Assembly (NCBI GenBank): GCA_965204115.1
Contig: OZ241963.1
Span: 532,622-596,621, forward strand
From: Minisyncoccota bacterium
GTDB lineage: Bacteria; Patescibacteriota; Minisyncoccia; Phycocordibacterales; JABAAK01
Direction: 5' to 3'
DNA: 64,000 nt
The position numbers and the translations under genes are program-made. Below are positions 48,581-57,901 of the stretch, piece after piece; position 1 is the stretch's first letter, and each line of letters opens with the position of its first letter. The notes beneath the pieces are model-generated. The model had not been told where the DNA came from and searched no databases. It worked only from the letters and a program-made list of their open reading frames with translations.

Positions 48581-49735
48581 ATGAAAATAGTGTTTGTCGG
48601 AGGTGGTACGGGAGGGCATTTTTATCCGTTGATTGCGGTGGCGGAGGAGATTGAGCGGTATGCGCAGGAGCATCAGTTGGTGCAGCCGAAGAAGTACTAT
48701 TTGGGTCCGTCTCGTTATGATGAGAAGGCGTTGTATGACGCAGGTATTAAGTTTGTGTATTGTCCGGCGGGGAAGTTGCGGCGAACGAAGGATGTTGTGT
48801 CCCGTATTAAAAATTTTTTCTCCCTGTTTTCTATTTTTTTCGGCGCGTTGAAGGCGGTGTTCACCTTATTTGTGATTTTTCCGGATGTGGTGTTCAGTAA
48901 GGGGGGGTATGCGAGTTTTCCGGTGCTGTTTGCTGCGCGATTATTGCGAATTCCGGTGGTCATACATGATTCTGACTCAACACTCGGGCGGGTGTCCCGC
49001 TGGTCGGCGTCGTTCGCAACCCATATCGCTATTGCATATCCGGAGGCGGAAAATGATCTGCAAGAAAAACAGCGGAAGAAAGCTGCGCTCATTGGCATAC
49101 CGATTCGTCGGGAGCTGCGGTATAACCCGCAGTCCGATGCATATGCGCTCTTGCGCCTTGATTCCTCTCTGCCGACCGTTGCGGTTTTGGGTGGTTCCAG
49201 TGGGGCTCATTTTTTGAATGAGAATGTGGTTGATGCGCTGCCGGTTATGCTGCGGAAATATCAAGTGGTACACCAGACCGGGAAGGATATGTTTGATACT
49301 GTTAAGAAGGAGACCGAGAGCTTTTTGCGCACCCTGTCGGATGATGTGCATACCTATCACCCGTTACCGTTTTTGAGTGCGTACTATATGCGCGCATTGT
49401 ATAGCGTTGCGGATGTGATTATTACCCGAGCAGGGTCCGGTACGCTGTATGAGATTGCGGAGTGGGGGATACCGGCGATTATTGTGCCGATACGGGAGGA
49501 AGTGTCGCATGATCAAACAAAGAATGCATACGCATATGCGCGTTCCGCGGGCGGGGTGGTGGTGGAGGAACAAAACCTTTCACCGCACCTATTGGTGTCG
49601 CAGGTTGACGGCATTTTGCAGGATGGGAAGGTGTGCACTGAGATGCAGCAGAAAGCAAAGGCATTTGCGTCGCCGGATGCTTCTGAGAAAGTGGCGAAAC
49701 TGTTAGTAGATATACTGAAATCACATGAAAGATAG
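48581..49735 (+). CDS. murG: MurG-type glycosyltransferase (UDP-GlcNAc:lipid I GlcNAc transferase)
   Basis: MKIVFVGGGTGGHFYPLIAVAEE N-terminal motif; GT28 C-terminal domain (ITRAGSGTLYEIAEWGIPAIIVP). Confidence 0.85.
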   Translation: MKIVFVGGGTGGHFYPLIAVAEEIERYAQEHQLVQPKKYYLGPSRYDEKALYDAGIKFVYCPAGKLRRTKDVVSRIKNFFSLFSIFFGALKAVFTLFVIFPDVVFSKGGYASFPVLFAARLLRIPVVIHDSDSTLGRVSRWSASFATHIAIAYPEAENDLQEKQRKKAALIGIPIRRELRYNPQSDAYALLRLDSSLPTVAVLGGSSGAHFLNENVVDALPVMLRKYQVVHQTGKDMFDTVKKETESFLRTLSDDVHTYHPLPFLSAYYMRALYSVADVIITRAGSGTLYEIAEWGIPAIIVPIREEVSHDQTKNAYAYARSAGGVVVEEQNLSPHLLVSQVDGILQDGKVCTEMQQKAKAFASPDASEKVAKLLVDILKSHER

Positions 49736-51125
49736 TCACCATAAAACCTCTCCGGACACTCGTCCGCCGATTACGCGCATCGCGCCGAGTCCGACCGGCG
49801 CTCTGCATGTCGGCACTGCCCGCGCAGCATTGTTTAACTTTCTGTTTGCGAGGCGGTATGGCGGGGAGTTTATTCTGCGATTTGAGGATACTGATCGGGA
49901 GCGGAGTGAGAAGCGGTATGAGGAGGACATACTCAGTGCGCTGCGGTGGCTTTCACTTACGCCGGATCGGATTGTACGGCAGTCAGACCGTACTGCGGTG
50001 TACCGGCGGTATATACAGCGTCTCTTGGCGGATGACCGGGCGTATGTGTCACGAGAACCGTCAAAGAAAGATCCGTCTCAGGAGGTGGAGATTGTGCGCT
50101 TTCGGAATCGTGAGCCGATTGTTTCGTTTACTGATACGGTGCGCGGGGACATCACCGTTGACATCAGTGATTTGGGTGATTTTGTGATTGCGCGGTCGGT
50201 GGATGATCCGTTGTATCACCTTGCGGTCGTGGTGGATGATATGGAGATGGGGGTAACCCATATTTTGCGCGGGGATGATCATATTATTAACACACCGCGA
50301 CAGATTGTCCTGCTTGAGGCGTTGGGCGGCACGCGACCGCTCTATACGCATATGCCGCTGATTCACTCACCAAGCGGCGGCAAGTTGTCAAAGCGTAAGG
50401 ATGCCACCGCAGTGACAGCATTTCGTGATCGTGGGTATTTGCCGGAGGCAATGGTGAATGCTCTTGCCTTGATGGGATGGAGTCCGAAGCGGGACGATGA
50501 GATTTTTTCGTTGGAGGAGTTAGTCACTCTTTTTTCTCCGGAAGGAATACAGAAGAAAGAAGCGGTGTTTAACGAGAAGAAGCTGTTGTGGTTCCAAAAG
50601 CAGCATATGCAGCAGCTGCCGGAGCATCGCTTGCGTAAAATATTGGTGCCTTCGCTGGTGCGGCGGTTTCCGCTGCGATCGCGGATAGCGCCCCGGTCGG
50701 TGAAAATGATTCTGCACGCAGCGCGAGAGAAAGGATCGTTACTTGCGGAAGAGAGGATGCTTATTGACGGTGGAGCGTATGATTTTTATTTCACTGAGCC
50801 GAAGTATGCGGCGCGGTTGCTGCTGCCGAAGAGCACTCTGCCGCAGGACGATCTCTCTCGGGAAGTGCTTTCCGGACTGTGGGAAACGCATACGCTCTTG
50901 CAGCAGCTGAGCGCTTACACTTCGTGGCAGGAAGAGCGTATACAGCAGCAGGTGTGGGAGCATGCGGAGCGGCAGGGGAAGTCGCTGATTTTGTGGCCGT
51001 TGCGCGTTGCGTTGTCCGGGCGGGATAAGAGCCCCGGACCGTTTGTTATCGCGCAGGCGATCGGCAAGCGGCAGTCGTTGCGGAGAATACGGCGTGCGTG
51101 TGCGCTCTTAGAGGGTATACTATAG
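49725..51125 (+). CDS. gltX: Glutamyl-tRNA synthetase
   Basis: RIAPSPTGALHVGTARAALFN (HIGH region) and KLSKR. Confidence 0.93.
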   Translation: MKDSHHKTSPDTRPPITRIAPSPTGALHVGTARAALFNFLFARRYGGEFILRFEDTDRERSEKRYEEDILSALRWLSLTPDRIVRQSDRTAVYRRYIQRLLADDRAYVSREPSKKDPSQEVEIVRFRNREPIVSFTDTVRGDITVDISDLGDFVIARSVDDPLYHLAVVVDDMEMGVTHILRGDDHIINTPRQIVLLEALGGTRPLYTHMPLIHSPSGGKLSKRKDATAVTAFRDRGYLPEAMVNALALMGWSPKRDDEIFSLEELVTLFSPEGIQKKEAVFNEKKLLWFQKQHMQQLPEHRLRKILVPSLVRRFPLRSRIAPRSVKMILHAAREKGSLLAEERMLIDGGAYDFYFTEPKYAARLLLPKSTLPQDDLSREVLSGLWETHTLLQQLSAYTSWQEERIQQQVWEHAERQGKSLILWPLRVALSGRDKSPGPFVIAQAIGKRQSLRRIRRACALLEGIL

Positions 51126-51130
51126 TGATT

Positions 51131-52549
51131 ATGCTTAAGCGATGTACAGGCGTTCTTGCATTCTGCGTGTCTATATGTGCGGGGTTTTTGTTTGTGGTCG
51201 GTGGTGCTGTGCTGCCGAGGTCTGCGCTTTCTGACAGCGCGACCATCACCTCTTCATCGCAGATGTCCGGTTCCTATGTCCCGGTAGATGGTGGTGCGGC
51301 GGCGGATGGTGAGGTTGTGCTGCTGCGTGAGAATTCGGAGATTGCGAATTTGCGGGGTCAGATTGGGGAAAGAGCGTCCCGCATTCGTGCTGTTGAGGAG
51401 GAGATTCGGACTATTAACACGCAACTGGGTGAGATTTACAAAAAGAAGGACTCATTGGAGAGTAAGTTGAACGGATTGACGCTCACGCAGCGACGGAATG
51501 AGGCGCAGATACGCAAGACCGAGGACGGTATTCAGCAGGGGCAGCTGAAGATGAAGGCGTTGAACACTTCCATTGTTGATAATACTGAGAATCTCGAGGT
51601 TTTGTATGCTGTGTTGCGGCGGAATTTTCAGCAGGCAAATGAATTTGAGCTGCATGGGAAAACGCTGATTCTTCTGCATACTTCGTTTTCTGATGTGCTG
51701 CAGCGGATAGAAGAGATTGAGCGGTATTCAAAAGCATTGCATACGCATTTGCAGTTTTTAGAGGATCAGACGGAGGAATTGGAGCAGAACAAGGAAGGAA
51801 TTGTCGCGGAGCGATTGGCGCTGGAGCGACAGCAGAAAGAGTTGGCGGATCGGAAAAAGATTTATGAATTTTCCATTAAGCAGCAGGAGTCACTGGTAAG
51901 AAAAACACGGAATGATGAGGCGGTGTATCAGAAATTGCTGCAGAACAAGCAAGAGGAGCGATTGCAGCTGCAGCAGGATATTTATGAGTATGAGTCGCGC
52001 ATAGAGTATCTGCGTGACTCGACGACGGTTCCCGGGCCGAAGAAGGGGTTGCTTCGGATGCCGTTTTCTGTTCCGGTGCGGTTGACCCAACGGTTTGGTG
52101 AGACGGCGTTTGCGCGGGCAAATGCACTGCGATATGGAAAGCCGTTTCACGATGGTATGGACTTCGGTCTGCCGACCGGGACACAACTGTTTGCCAGTGC
52201 TGATGGGGTTGTTATCGGTACGGGCAATACTGACATTGTGTCAAGCTGTTATTCGTGGGGGAAGTGGGTTGTGATTAAGCATGGGTTTGGTCTGTCAACG
52301 CTCTATGCCCACCTGTCATTGATTAAAGTGCGGCTTGGGCAAAAGGTGCAGGCGGGTGAGCTTATCGGCTACAGCGGCAATACCGGCTTCAGCACCGGAC
52401 CGCACCTGCATTTTGGGGTGTATGATTCGAGCGGCTTGCGCGTTGTGCCGTATGCGCAGGTGTCAAGCAATGCGCGGTGTCGAGGGTTGATTTTGCCGGT
52501 TGCCGCACAGGATGCGAAGCTGGACCCGTCAAAGTATTTACCGCTGTAA
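51131..52549 (+). CDS. M23-family peptidoglycan metalloendopeptidase with an N-terminal coiled coil (EnvC-like)
   Basis: HDGMDF...YAHLS...GNTGFSTGPHLHFGVY M23 motifs; long coiled coil. Confidence 0.85.
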   Translation: MLKRCTGVLAFCVSICAGFLFVVGGAVLPRSALSDSATITSSSQMSGSYVPVDGGAAADGEVVLLRENSEIANLRGQIGERASRIRAVEEEIRTINTQLGEIYKKKDSLESKLNGLTLTQRRNEAQIRKTEDGIQQGQLKMKALNTSIVDNTENLEVLYAVLRRNFQQANEFELHGKTLILLHTSFSDVLQRIEEIERYSKALHTHLQFLEDQTEELEQNKEGIVAERLALERQQKELADRKKIYEFSIKQQESLVRKTRNDEAVYQKLLQNKQEERLQLQQDIYEYESRIEYLRDSTTVPGPKKGLLRMPFSVPVRLTQRFGETAFARANALRYGKPFHDGMDFGLPTGTQLFASADGVVIGTGNTDIVSSCYSWGKWVVIKHGFGLSTLYAHLSLIKVRLGQKVQAGELIGYSGNTGFSTGPHLHFGVYDSSGLRVVPYAQVSSNARCRGLILPVAAQDAKLDPSKYLPL

Positions 52550-52640
52550 AGGTTTGTTTTGAAGTTATACACACGACCTGTTCTGCCTGTGTTTTTTTGT
52601 AGGATACTGTGTTTATAATCATTAATGTTTACAATAACTA

Positions 52641-53087
52641 TTGCATATGAGTCTTATATCTTATAAAAAATTACCTCTTCTTACAGTCGGTGCTTCGCTG
52701 CTCTTTTTCGTTTCCGGTTTTGCTCAGAGTGTTTTGGCGCAGAGCGAAACTTTTTTTCCGCAGGGGAGCGATCGTTTATCTGTTGCCGTCAGTGGTGTTG
52801 GTAGGGGAGCTGAAACATTCGGCACCTTGGTGAGTTTGGGGACTACTATTGCGGTTTCTTTGGCGTTTTTCTTCTTCTTTTGGAATTTGTTTAAGTTTAT
52901 TAGAGCCGCTGATCCTGACAGTAAAGAGGAGGCGCAGGGGAAGATGGTGTGGTCTCTCGTGGCGATTATTGTAATCGTCTCTTTGTGGGGTATTATTGCG
53001 TTTGTTCGTTCGGTCTTCGGTTTTGGTTCCGGAGTGGGGGAGGAGAATGATGTTTTCTTCCCGAGAGCGCGTGTGCTTGATAGTTAA
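52641..53087 (+). CDS. Small secreted protein with two hydrophobic helices: VirB2/TrbC-type pilin-like candidate
   Basis: Signal peptide (…GFAQSVLAQS), then two TM-length hydrophobic segments separated by a short charged loop. 148 aa. Confidence 0.5.
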   Translation: MHMSLISYKKLPLLTVGASLLFFVSGFAQSVLAQSETFFPQGSDRLSVAVSGVGRGAETFGTLVSLGTTIAVSLAFFFFFWNLFKFIRAADPDSKEEAQGKMVWSLVAIIVIVSLWGIIAFVRSVFGFGSGVGEENDVFFPRARVLDS

Positions 53088-53217
53088 TGATGGGTAGTGC
53101 TGTTGGCTGTGTGGAATATGCAGTCCGTGCGATTGGCGCGGGCTGTGTGTTTTTGTCCTGATACACCGAACTCCGGTTATCTAAGAATACCTCAAAAATG
53201 TTTGTTGTGAATTTCGC

Positions 53218-54054
53218 CTACTCTTCAATCTCGTAGGTGATGATAGCGGTTTTTTGTATTTGTCGTTCACCTTCGTGTATCGGTATTGCTATTGATTGCG
53301 GTCCATCATCCAATGCAACTGCGGCGGATTCTACTCTTCGATAGGGATATGGGTTGTCTTCATAGAGGTTAATGCGGGCAATTTTTTTGAGGCGGAAGCC
53401 GGACAGGCGGGCAATTTTATGTGCCCGTCTTTTTGCGTCGTGTATTGCTTGTATTGACGCGATGTTTTCCGCATGTTTTTTGTCGTCATCACACGGGGTA
53501 AATATCGGTCCGTCTATTGTTTCCGGGTTGAGGTCGGTGAGGTCGGCGAGTATGACGCTGACATCTTCAGTGTTTCTGATTGTTATGGTGGTGGTGTGGG
53601 ATACGCGATAGCCGATGAGATCAGGTATTTCGTTACTGATGAATTGGGATGTTTTCGGGTTATTGCGTCGATATTCCGGGCGGACGGTGTAGGCGATTGT
53701 TTGTATGTCTTTATCGGCGATGCTGTGTTGGGTGAGTGCCGTGTAGGTGTTTTGTGCCTGTGTGGCTACTGCGTCGCGTGCTGTGGCGACATCTTCCTGT
53801 ACGGAAGAGAACGAAATGGTGATTTCTGCGACACTGTTTGTGATGAAATATTCTCCGGTTCCGGCGAATGAAAGCGTTGGTCGTTCCTGGGTGGTTTCCA
53901 GGTACTTATGGATGCCCCATGCCCCGGTGAGGAGAAATAGTGCGAGTGCGATACACACTCCCATACGCATGGTAATTTGCATTGCTTCACACGCTGATAT
54001 TGTTGTGTTTGTTTGTGTGCTGTGCTTCGCGACACTCTTTTTTTTGGTGGTCAT
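53218..54054 (-). CDS. SIMPL/DUF541-like secreted or membrane-anchored protein
   Basis: N-terminal TM or signal anchor; two-domain alpha/beta pattern resembling SIMPL-domain proteins. Weak assignment. Confidence 0.5.
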   Translation of the reverse strand: MTTKKKSVAKHSTQTNTTISACEAMQITMRMGVCIALALFLLTGAWGIHKYLETTQERPTLSFAGTGEYFITNSVAEITISFSSVQEDVATARDAVATQAQNTYTALTQHSIADKDIQTIAYTVRPEYRRNNPKTSQFISNEIPDLIGYRVSHTTTITIRNTEDVSVILADLTDLNPETIDGPIFTPCDDDKKHAENIASIQAIHDAKRRAHKIARLSGFRLKKIARINLYEDNPYPYRRVESAAVALDDGPQSIAIPIHEGERQIQKTAIITYEIEE

Positions 54055-54070
54055 ATACTGTTACTATACA

Positions 54071-54517
54071 CTACTTTCTTCCGAACATGCCCAGGTATGT
54101 TGTTTCTTTGAGGATGTGTTTTTTCATTGCTTGAGTGAGCTGCTCTCCGGTCGGTGATTTCTTGAAGGTGAGTTCGGTGTCCAGTGCGTAGAGTTTGAAA
54201 TTGTAGCGGTGCGGGTCGTCTCCCGGTGGTGGGCAGGGGCCGCCATAGCTTTCTTTGCCCCAGCTGTTGAGTCCGCTCTGAAATGTGTCTATGTTTTTTG
54301 TATGTATCTCTTTTGTTTCCGGCGGGATGTTGTATAGCACACAGTGATCCCACACACCGCCACCTGTTGCATCCGGGTCGTCTATGATGAGTGCTAAGGA
54401 TACTGTCTTCGGCGGTGCGTTTTTTATTACTATGGTGGGGATGGTGTCTTTTCCGTCGCATGAGTGCTTTTTCGGTATGTCTCCTCTCTCTTTGAACTCC
54501 TGTATTTTTATTTCCAT
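54071..54517 (-). CDS. YbhB/YbcL-family Raf-kinase-inhibitor-like protein (PEBP family)
   Basis: DDPDATGGGVWDHCVLYNIP matches the PEBP DPDAP...W.HW motif. 148 aa. Confidence 0.8.
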   Translation of the reverse strand: MEIKIQEFKERGDIPKKHSCDGKDTIPTIVIKNAPPKTVSLALIIDDPDATGGGVWDHCVLYNIPPETKEIHTKNIDTFQSGLNSWGKESYGGPCPPPGDDPHRYNFKLYALDTELTFKKSPTGEQLTQAMKKHILKETTYLGMFGRK

Positions 54518-54655
54518 ATAGTCATGATAGCATACCCCGTTTTTCTTTTGTGTATATCCTCTTGCGTATTACAGCAACTGTGGCATACTAATTATTGTTT
54601 GATTGTGCGAGGGCGCATGACACACATATTTTTTGTATTAGCGTATAGAATTATA

Positions 54656-56053
54656 ATGAATATAGAGAACACACAAGTATCCGACAGTATGCACTTCGGG
54701 AAGATTGTGGCAACAGTCGGTCCCGCTTCTGAATCGCAGGAGGGTGTTATCGGTCTCGCTGAGGCGGGTGTTGATGTATTTCGCCTGAATTTCAGTCATG
54801 GCTCACATGAGGAACAAGGGCAGCGCATTGTTCATATTCGTGATTTTGAGAAGAAGTCCGGTAAGTCGTTCGGTATCATTGCTGATTTGCAAGGTCCGAA
54901 ACTGCGTACCGGCACTTTTGCCGGAGATGAGGATGATACGGGGGTTGTGTTGCAGGCAGGGCAGCCATTTGTGTTTCATCTGGAAGAATATCCCGGGGAT
55001 GAGCGCGGGGTTTCTTTGAAGCATCCTGAGATTTTTAATGTGGCGGAGGTCGGTATGGATATATTGGTGAATGACGGGCGACTGCAATTTCGGGTTGATA
55101 CCGTTACTGACACCACTTTAGAGACGACCGTAGTTACCGGTGGCAAGTTGACACAAAAGAAAGGGGTGAATATACCACGGCTTGAGCTGCCGATCAGTGC
55201 GGTTACAGAGAAAGATAAGAAGGATATGGCGTTTGCACTCTCGAAGGGAGTTGATTGGATTGCACTTTCATTTGTTCAGCGAGCGGAAGATGTGCGGCAG
55301 GCACGGGAGATGGTTGGTGACGCTGCAGGTATTATCGCGAAGATTGAGAAACCGTCTGCGGTTACGCACATTGAAGAGATTGTCGCTGAGGTTGATGCGA
55401 TTATGGTGGCGCGAGGTGATTTGGGTGTTGAAATACCGCCGGAGGAGGTGCCGAGTGCGCAGAAGCGTATGATTAAGCTGTGCCGTCAGGCAGGGAAGCC
55501 GGTGATTGTTGCGACGCACATGCTTGATTCTATGATTGATTCACCGTATCCGACCCGCGCGGAGGTGTCGGATGTTGCGAATGCTATTTACGACGGTTCT
55601 GATGCGGTAATGCTCTCTGCGGAGACAGCTGCCGGAGACCACCCGAATGAATCTGTTGCTATGATGCGGCGGATTGTTCGACGGGCGGTTGCTGACTCTG
55701 AGTTCTTCATTGCTGACAAGCAGGTTGATTTTACGGCATTTCAGTGTGAGTCCGATGCTGCTATTGCTGCCGCACAAAAAGCAGTACAGGGCAAGAAGCC
55801 AACCGCAGTTGTTGTTGCCACCTCCTCGTTTGAGCATGTTTTGTGCTATGCGCGTGAGCGTTATCGGCATCCGCTGATTGCGGTGACGGCGGATCAGCAT
55901 CTTGCGAGGCAGCTCACATTGGTTTGGGGGGTTTATCCGGTGCATGTTCAGGATGCCGCTATTTTGCAGGGTGGTCAGGAGGCACTCACTGCTGTCGTGG
56001 ATGAGTTAGGTGTTGCCGCAGGTATGGATGTGCAGGTTATTGCAGTGGTGTAG
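54656..56053 (+). CDS. pyk: Pyruvate kinase
   Basis: KIVATVGPAS, MVARGDLGVEIP and GKPVIVATHMLDSM motifs. Start at the internal ATG (MNIENTQ). Confidence 0.92.
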   Translation: MNIENTQVSDSMHFGKIVATVGPASESQEGVIGLAEAGVDVFRLNFSHGSHEEQGQRIVHIRDFEKKSGKSFGIIADLQGPKLRTGTFAGDEDDTGVVLQAGQPFVFHLEEYPGDERGVSLKHPEIFNVAEVGMDILVNDGRLQFRVDTVTDTTLETTVVTGGKLTQKKGVNIPRLELPISAVTEKDKKDMAFALSKGVDWIALSFVQRAEDVRQAREMVGDAAGIIAKIEKPSAVTHIEEIVAEVDAIMVARGDLGVEIPPEEVPSAQKRMIKLCRQAGKPVIVATHMLDSMIDSPYPTRAEVSDVANAIYDGSDAVMLSAETAAGDHPNESVAMMRRIVRRAVADSEFFIADKQVDFTAFQCESDAAIAAAQKAVQGKKPTAVVVATSSFEHVLCYARERYRHPLIAVTADQHLARQLTLVWGVYPVHVQDAAILQGGQEALTAVVDELGVAAGMDVQVIAVV

Positions 56054-56133
56054 TGTATCTCTGTTTGTTTACGCACAGGGCGTGTTCTGTGTTTATTTGG
56101 AGCGGTATACTGTAGATAGTGGGGTAGAGAAAT

Positions 56134-56775
56134 ATGACACTTCCTGATTTTTCAAAAAATTTTGCAGATCGGATACCACCCGGTGCTGTTGATAGCGGTA
56201 AAGATGTTGCGCAGCCCGAAAAAGAGGCGCCGCAACAATCGCCCGCGAAAAAGATAGATATTCGGTATATATTTGCTGTGCTACTGCTTGTCATTACTAT
56301 TGTCAGTGCCGGTTTGATGTTCGGTCTCAATGTCTATTTAGACAGAGAGATTGTCGGCATTGAAGGGGGTATTGAAGCGCTGGAGGATGCTGTTAAGGTG
56401 AATGATATTCTCGGTTATGCTACTTTTGACAAGCAGGTGCGGACTCTGAAAGGTCTTACCGTGTCTCGCGGCGGATATTCGTTACTTCTTAGTGAGGTTT
56501 CGCGGCTGGTTGTGCCTGGTGTGTATTACAGTTCTATTTCTATAGATTCACAAGATGGGGAATATATTTTGGTAGTGAGGGGGGTTGCTGACTCCTTGAG
56601 AGAATATCACCAGCAAATACAGCGGGTTGAGACGACCGAAGGTTTGCTGGAGAATGGCAGCTTTGACGGCTACGCATTGCAGCGCGATGAGGGCGGGGCG
56701 TCGTCGGTTTCGTTTACGGTGAGTTTTGTTATTCCTGTGGCGTCGGTGAGTGAGGTGCTCAATAGTTTATCATAG
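56134..56775 (+). CDS. PilN-like type IV pilus assembly protein (bitopic)
   Basis: Single TM (IFAVLLLVITIVSAGLMFGL) followed by a periplasmic domain. Position next to the PilO-like and PilB genes. Confidence 0.5.
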   Translation: MTLPDFSKNFADRIPPGAVDSGKDVAQPEKEAPQQSPAKKIDIRYIFAVLLLVITIVSAGLMFGLNVYLDREIVGIEGGIEALEDAVKVNDILGYATFDKQVRTLKGLTVSRGGYSLLLSEVSRLVVPGVYYSSISIDSQDGEYILVVRGVADSLREYHQQIQRVETTEGLLENGSFDGYALQRDEGGASSVSFTVSFVIPVASVSEVLNSLS

Positions 56776-56778
56776 TGT

Positions 56779-57345
56779 ATGAGAAATGCTTTTTTATTTT
56801 CAGTGATTTTTGTTCTTATTGCCGTCGGTCTGTATTCGCAGGTTGTCAGCCCCTGGCTTGGTGGTGCGCTTGCGAAATATGAGTATATTGAAAACTTACA
56901 GATGGTGTTTGCGCAGGGGCAGGATTTGCAGGCACGGAGTGATGCCTTGCGATCCGAAAAGAATGCTATTCCGCAGTCACAGCAGTCCCTTATTAAAAAT
57001 GCGATTCCTGAGTATTCGCCCGGGAATGTTGCTCTGTTTCTTTTGGCGCTTGACACACTTATCAAGGAGCGAAGCGGATTGCCGCTCGACACGAGGTATA
57101 CCCTCGGAACAGAGCGAGAGGGTGATGATGGAGTTGTGTTGCTGCCAATCTCATTTAATTTCGGAGAGGTTTCGTATGACATTTTGCGCAGGTTCATCAC
57201 TTATTTACAGCGATGGGATCGAGGGGTGCGTATTCAATCAATGCAGATAGGGTTGCCTGCTGATGCGGATTTGGCGGAGCAGGGTTTTGTTCGGGCGACT
57301 ATTGCCATTGAGGCACTGTTTTCGGCGATGCCTGATACCTTATAA
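56779..57345 (+). CDS. PilO-like type IV pilus assembly protein (bitopic)
   Basis: N-terminal TM plus a coiled segment plus a ferredoxin-like domain; synteny. Confidence 0.45.
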   Translation: MRNAFLFSVIFVLIAVGLYSQVVSPWLGGALAKYEYIENLQMVFAQGQDLQARSDALRSEKNAIPQSQQSLIKNAIPEYSPGNVALFLLALDTLIKERSGLPLDTRYTLGTEREGDDGVVLLPISFNFGEVSYDILRRFITYLQRWDRGVRIQSMQIGLPADADLAEQGFVRATIAIEALFSAMPDTL

Positions 57346-57357
57346 TAACGATGTACT

Positions 57358-57879
57358 ATGGACCCACAGAAAATAAAATCTCTATTCCTTTTTCTTGTTC
57401 TGACCGCCTTCCTTTTTTATTTCGGTCATTCGATTGCCCGGGAGCCGGGGTCTTCGGTTGTTCAAAGTGAACAATCAACGCGGTTTCTTGATGTTATTGC
57501 TGTTTTGGATAGTATCCAGTTTGATTTTGATTTCATTAATTCACTCAGTGATACTTCTATTAAAACTGAGGTGTATGTTCCGCCGCTGTCACCGTCTGAT
57601 TCAGGGCGGGATAATCCGTTTATGCGGTCAAATCCATCCACACCTTTCTCAAGTTTGCCCGGCGTATCGACTGATGCCGCTGTGCTTGATGATTCGGCGT
57701 TTGTGCGTGAGGAGGTTTTTGGATCACCCTCTGATGATGCTGTTCAACAGCCATTAGATGGTGTGGTGCCGCCGCAGGATTCCGCTTTGGTTTTTCCGGA
57801 GGATTCCTCCCCTGAGCAACAGGAAGGAGATCAATCGGTCTCACCTTCGTCTTCTTCATCGGCAACTTTGACGCGGTAA
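57358..57879 (+). CDS. Hypothetical secreted S/P-rich protein (PilP-like position)
   Basis: Signal anchor followed by a low-complexity C-terminus. Confidence 0.4.
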   Translation: MDPQKIKSLFLFLVLTAFLFYFGHSIAREPGSSVVQSEQSTRFLDVIAVLDSIQFDFDFINSLSDTSIKTEVYVPPLSPSDSGRDNPFMRSNPSTPFSSLPGVSTDAAVLDDSAFVREEVFGSPSDDAVQQPLDGVVPPQDSALVFPEDSSPEQQEGDQSVSPSSSSSATLTR

Positions 57880-57901
57880 TGCGTTGCCATTTTAATACTG
57901 T

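Noticed and set aside
48479-48673. Minus-strand ORF of 64 aa overlapping tRNA-Thr
   Set aside because: Overlaps a confidently folded tRNA.
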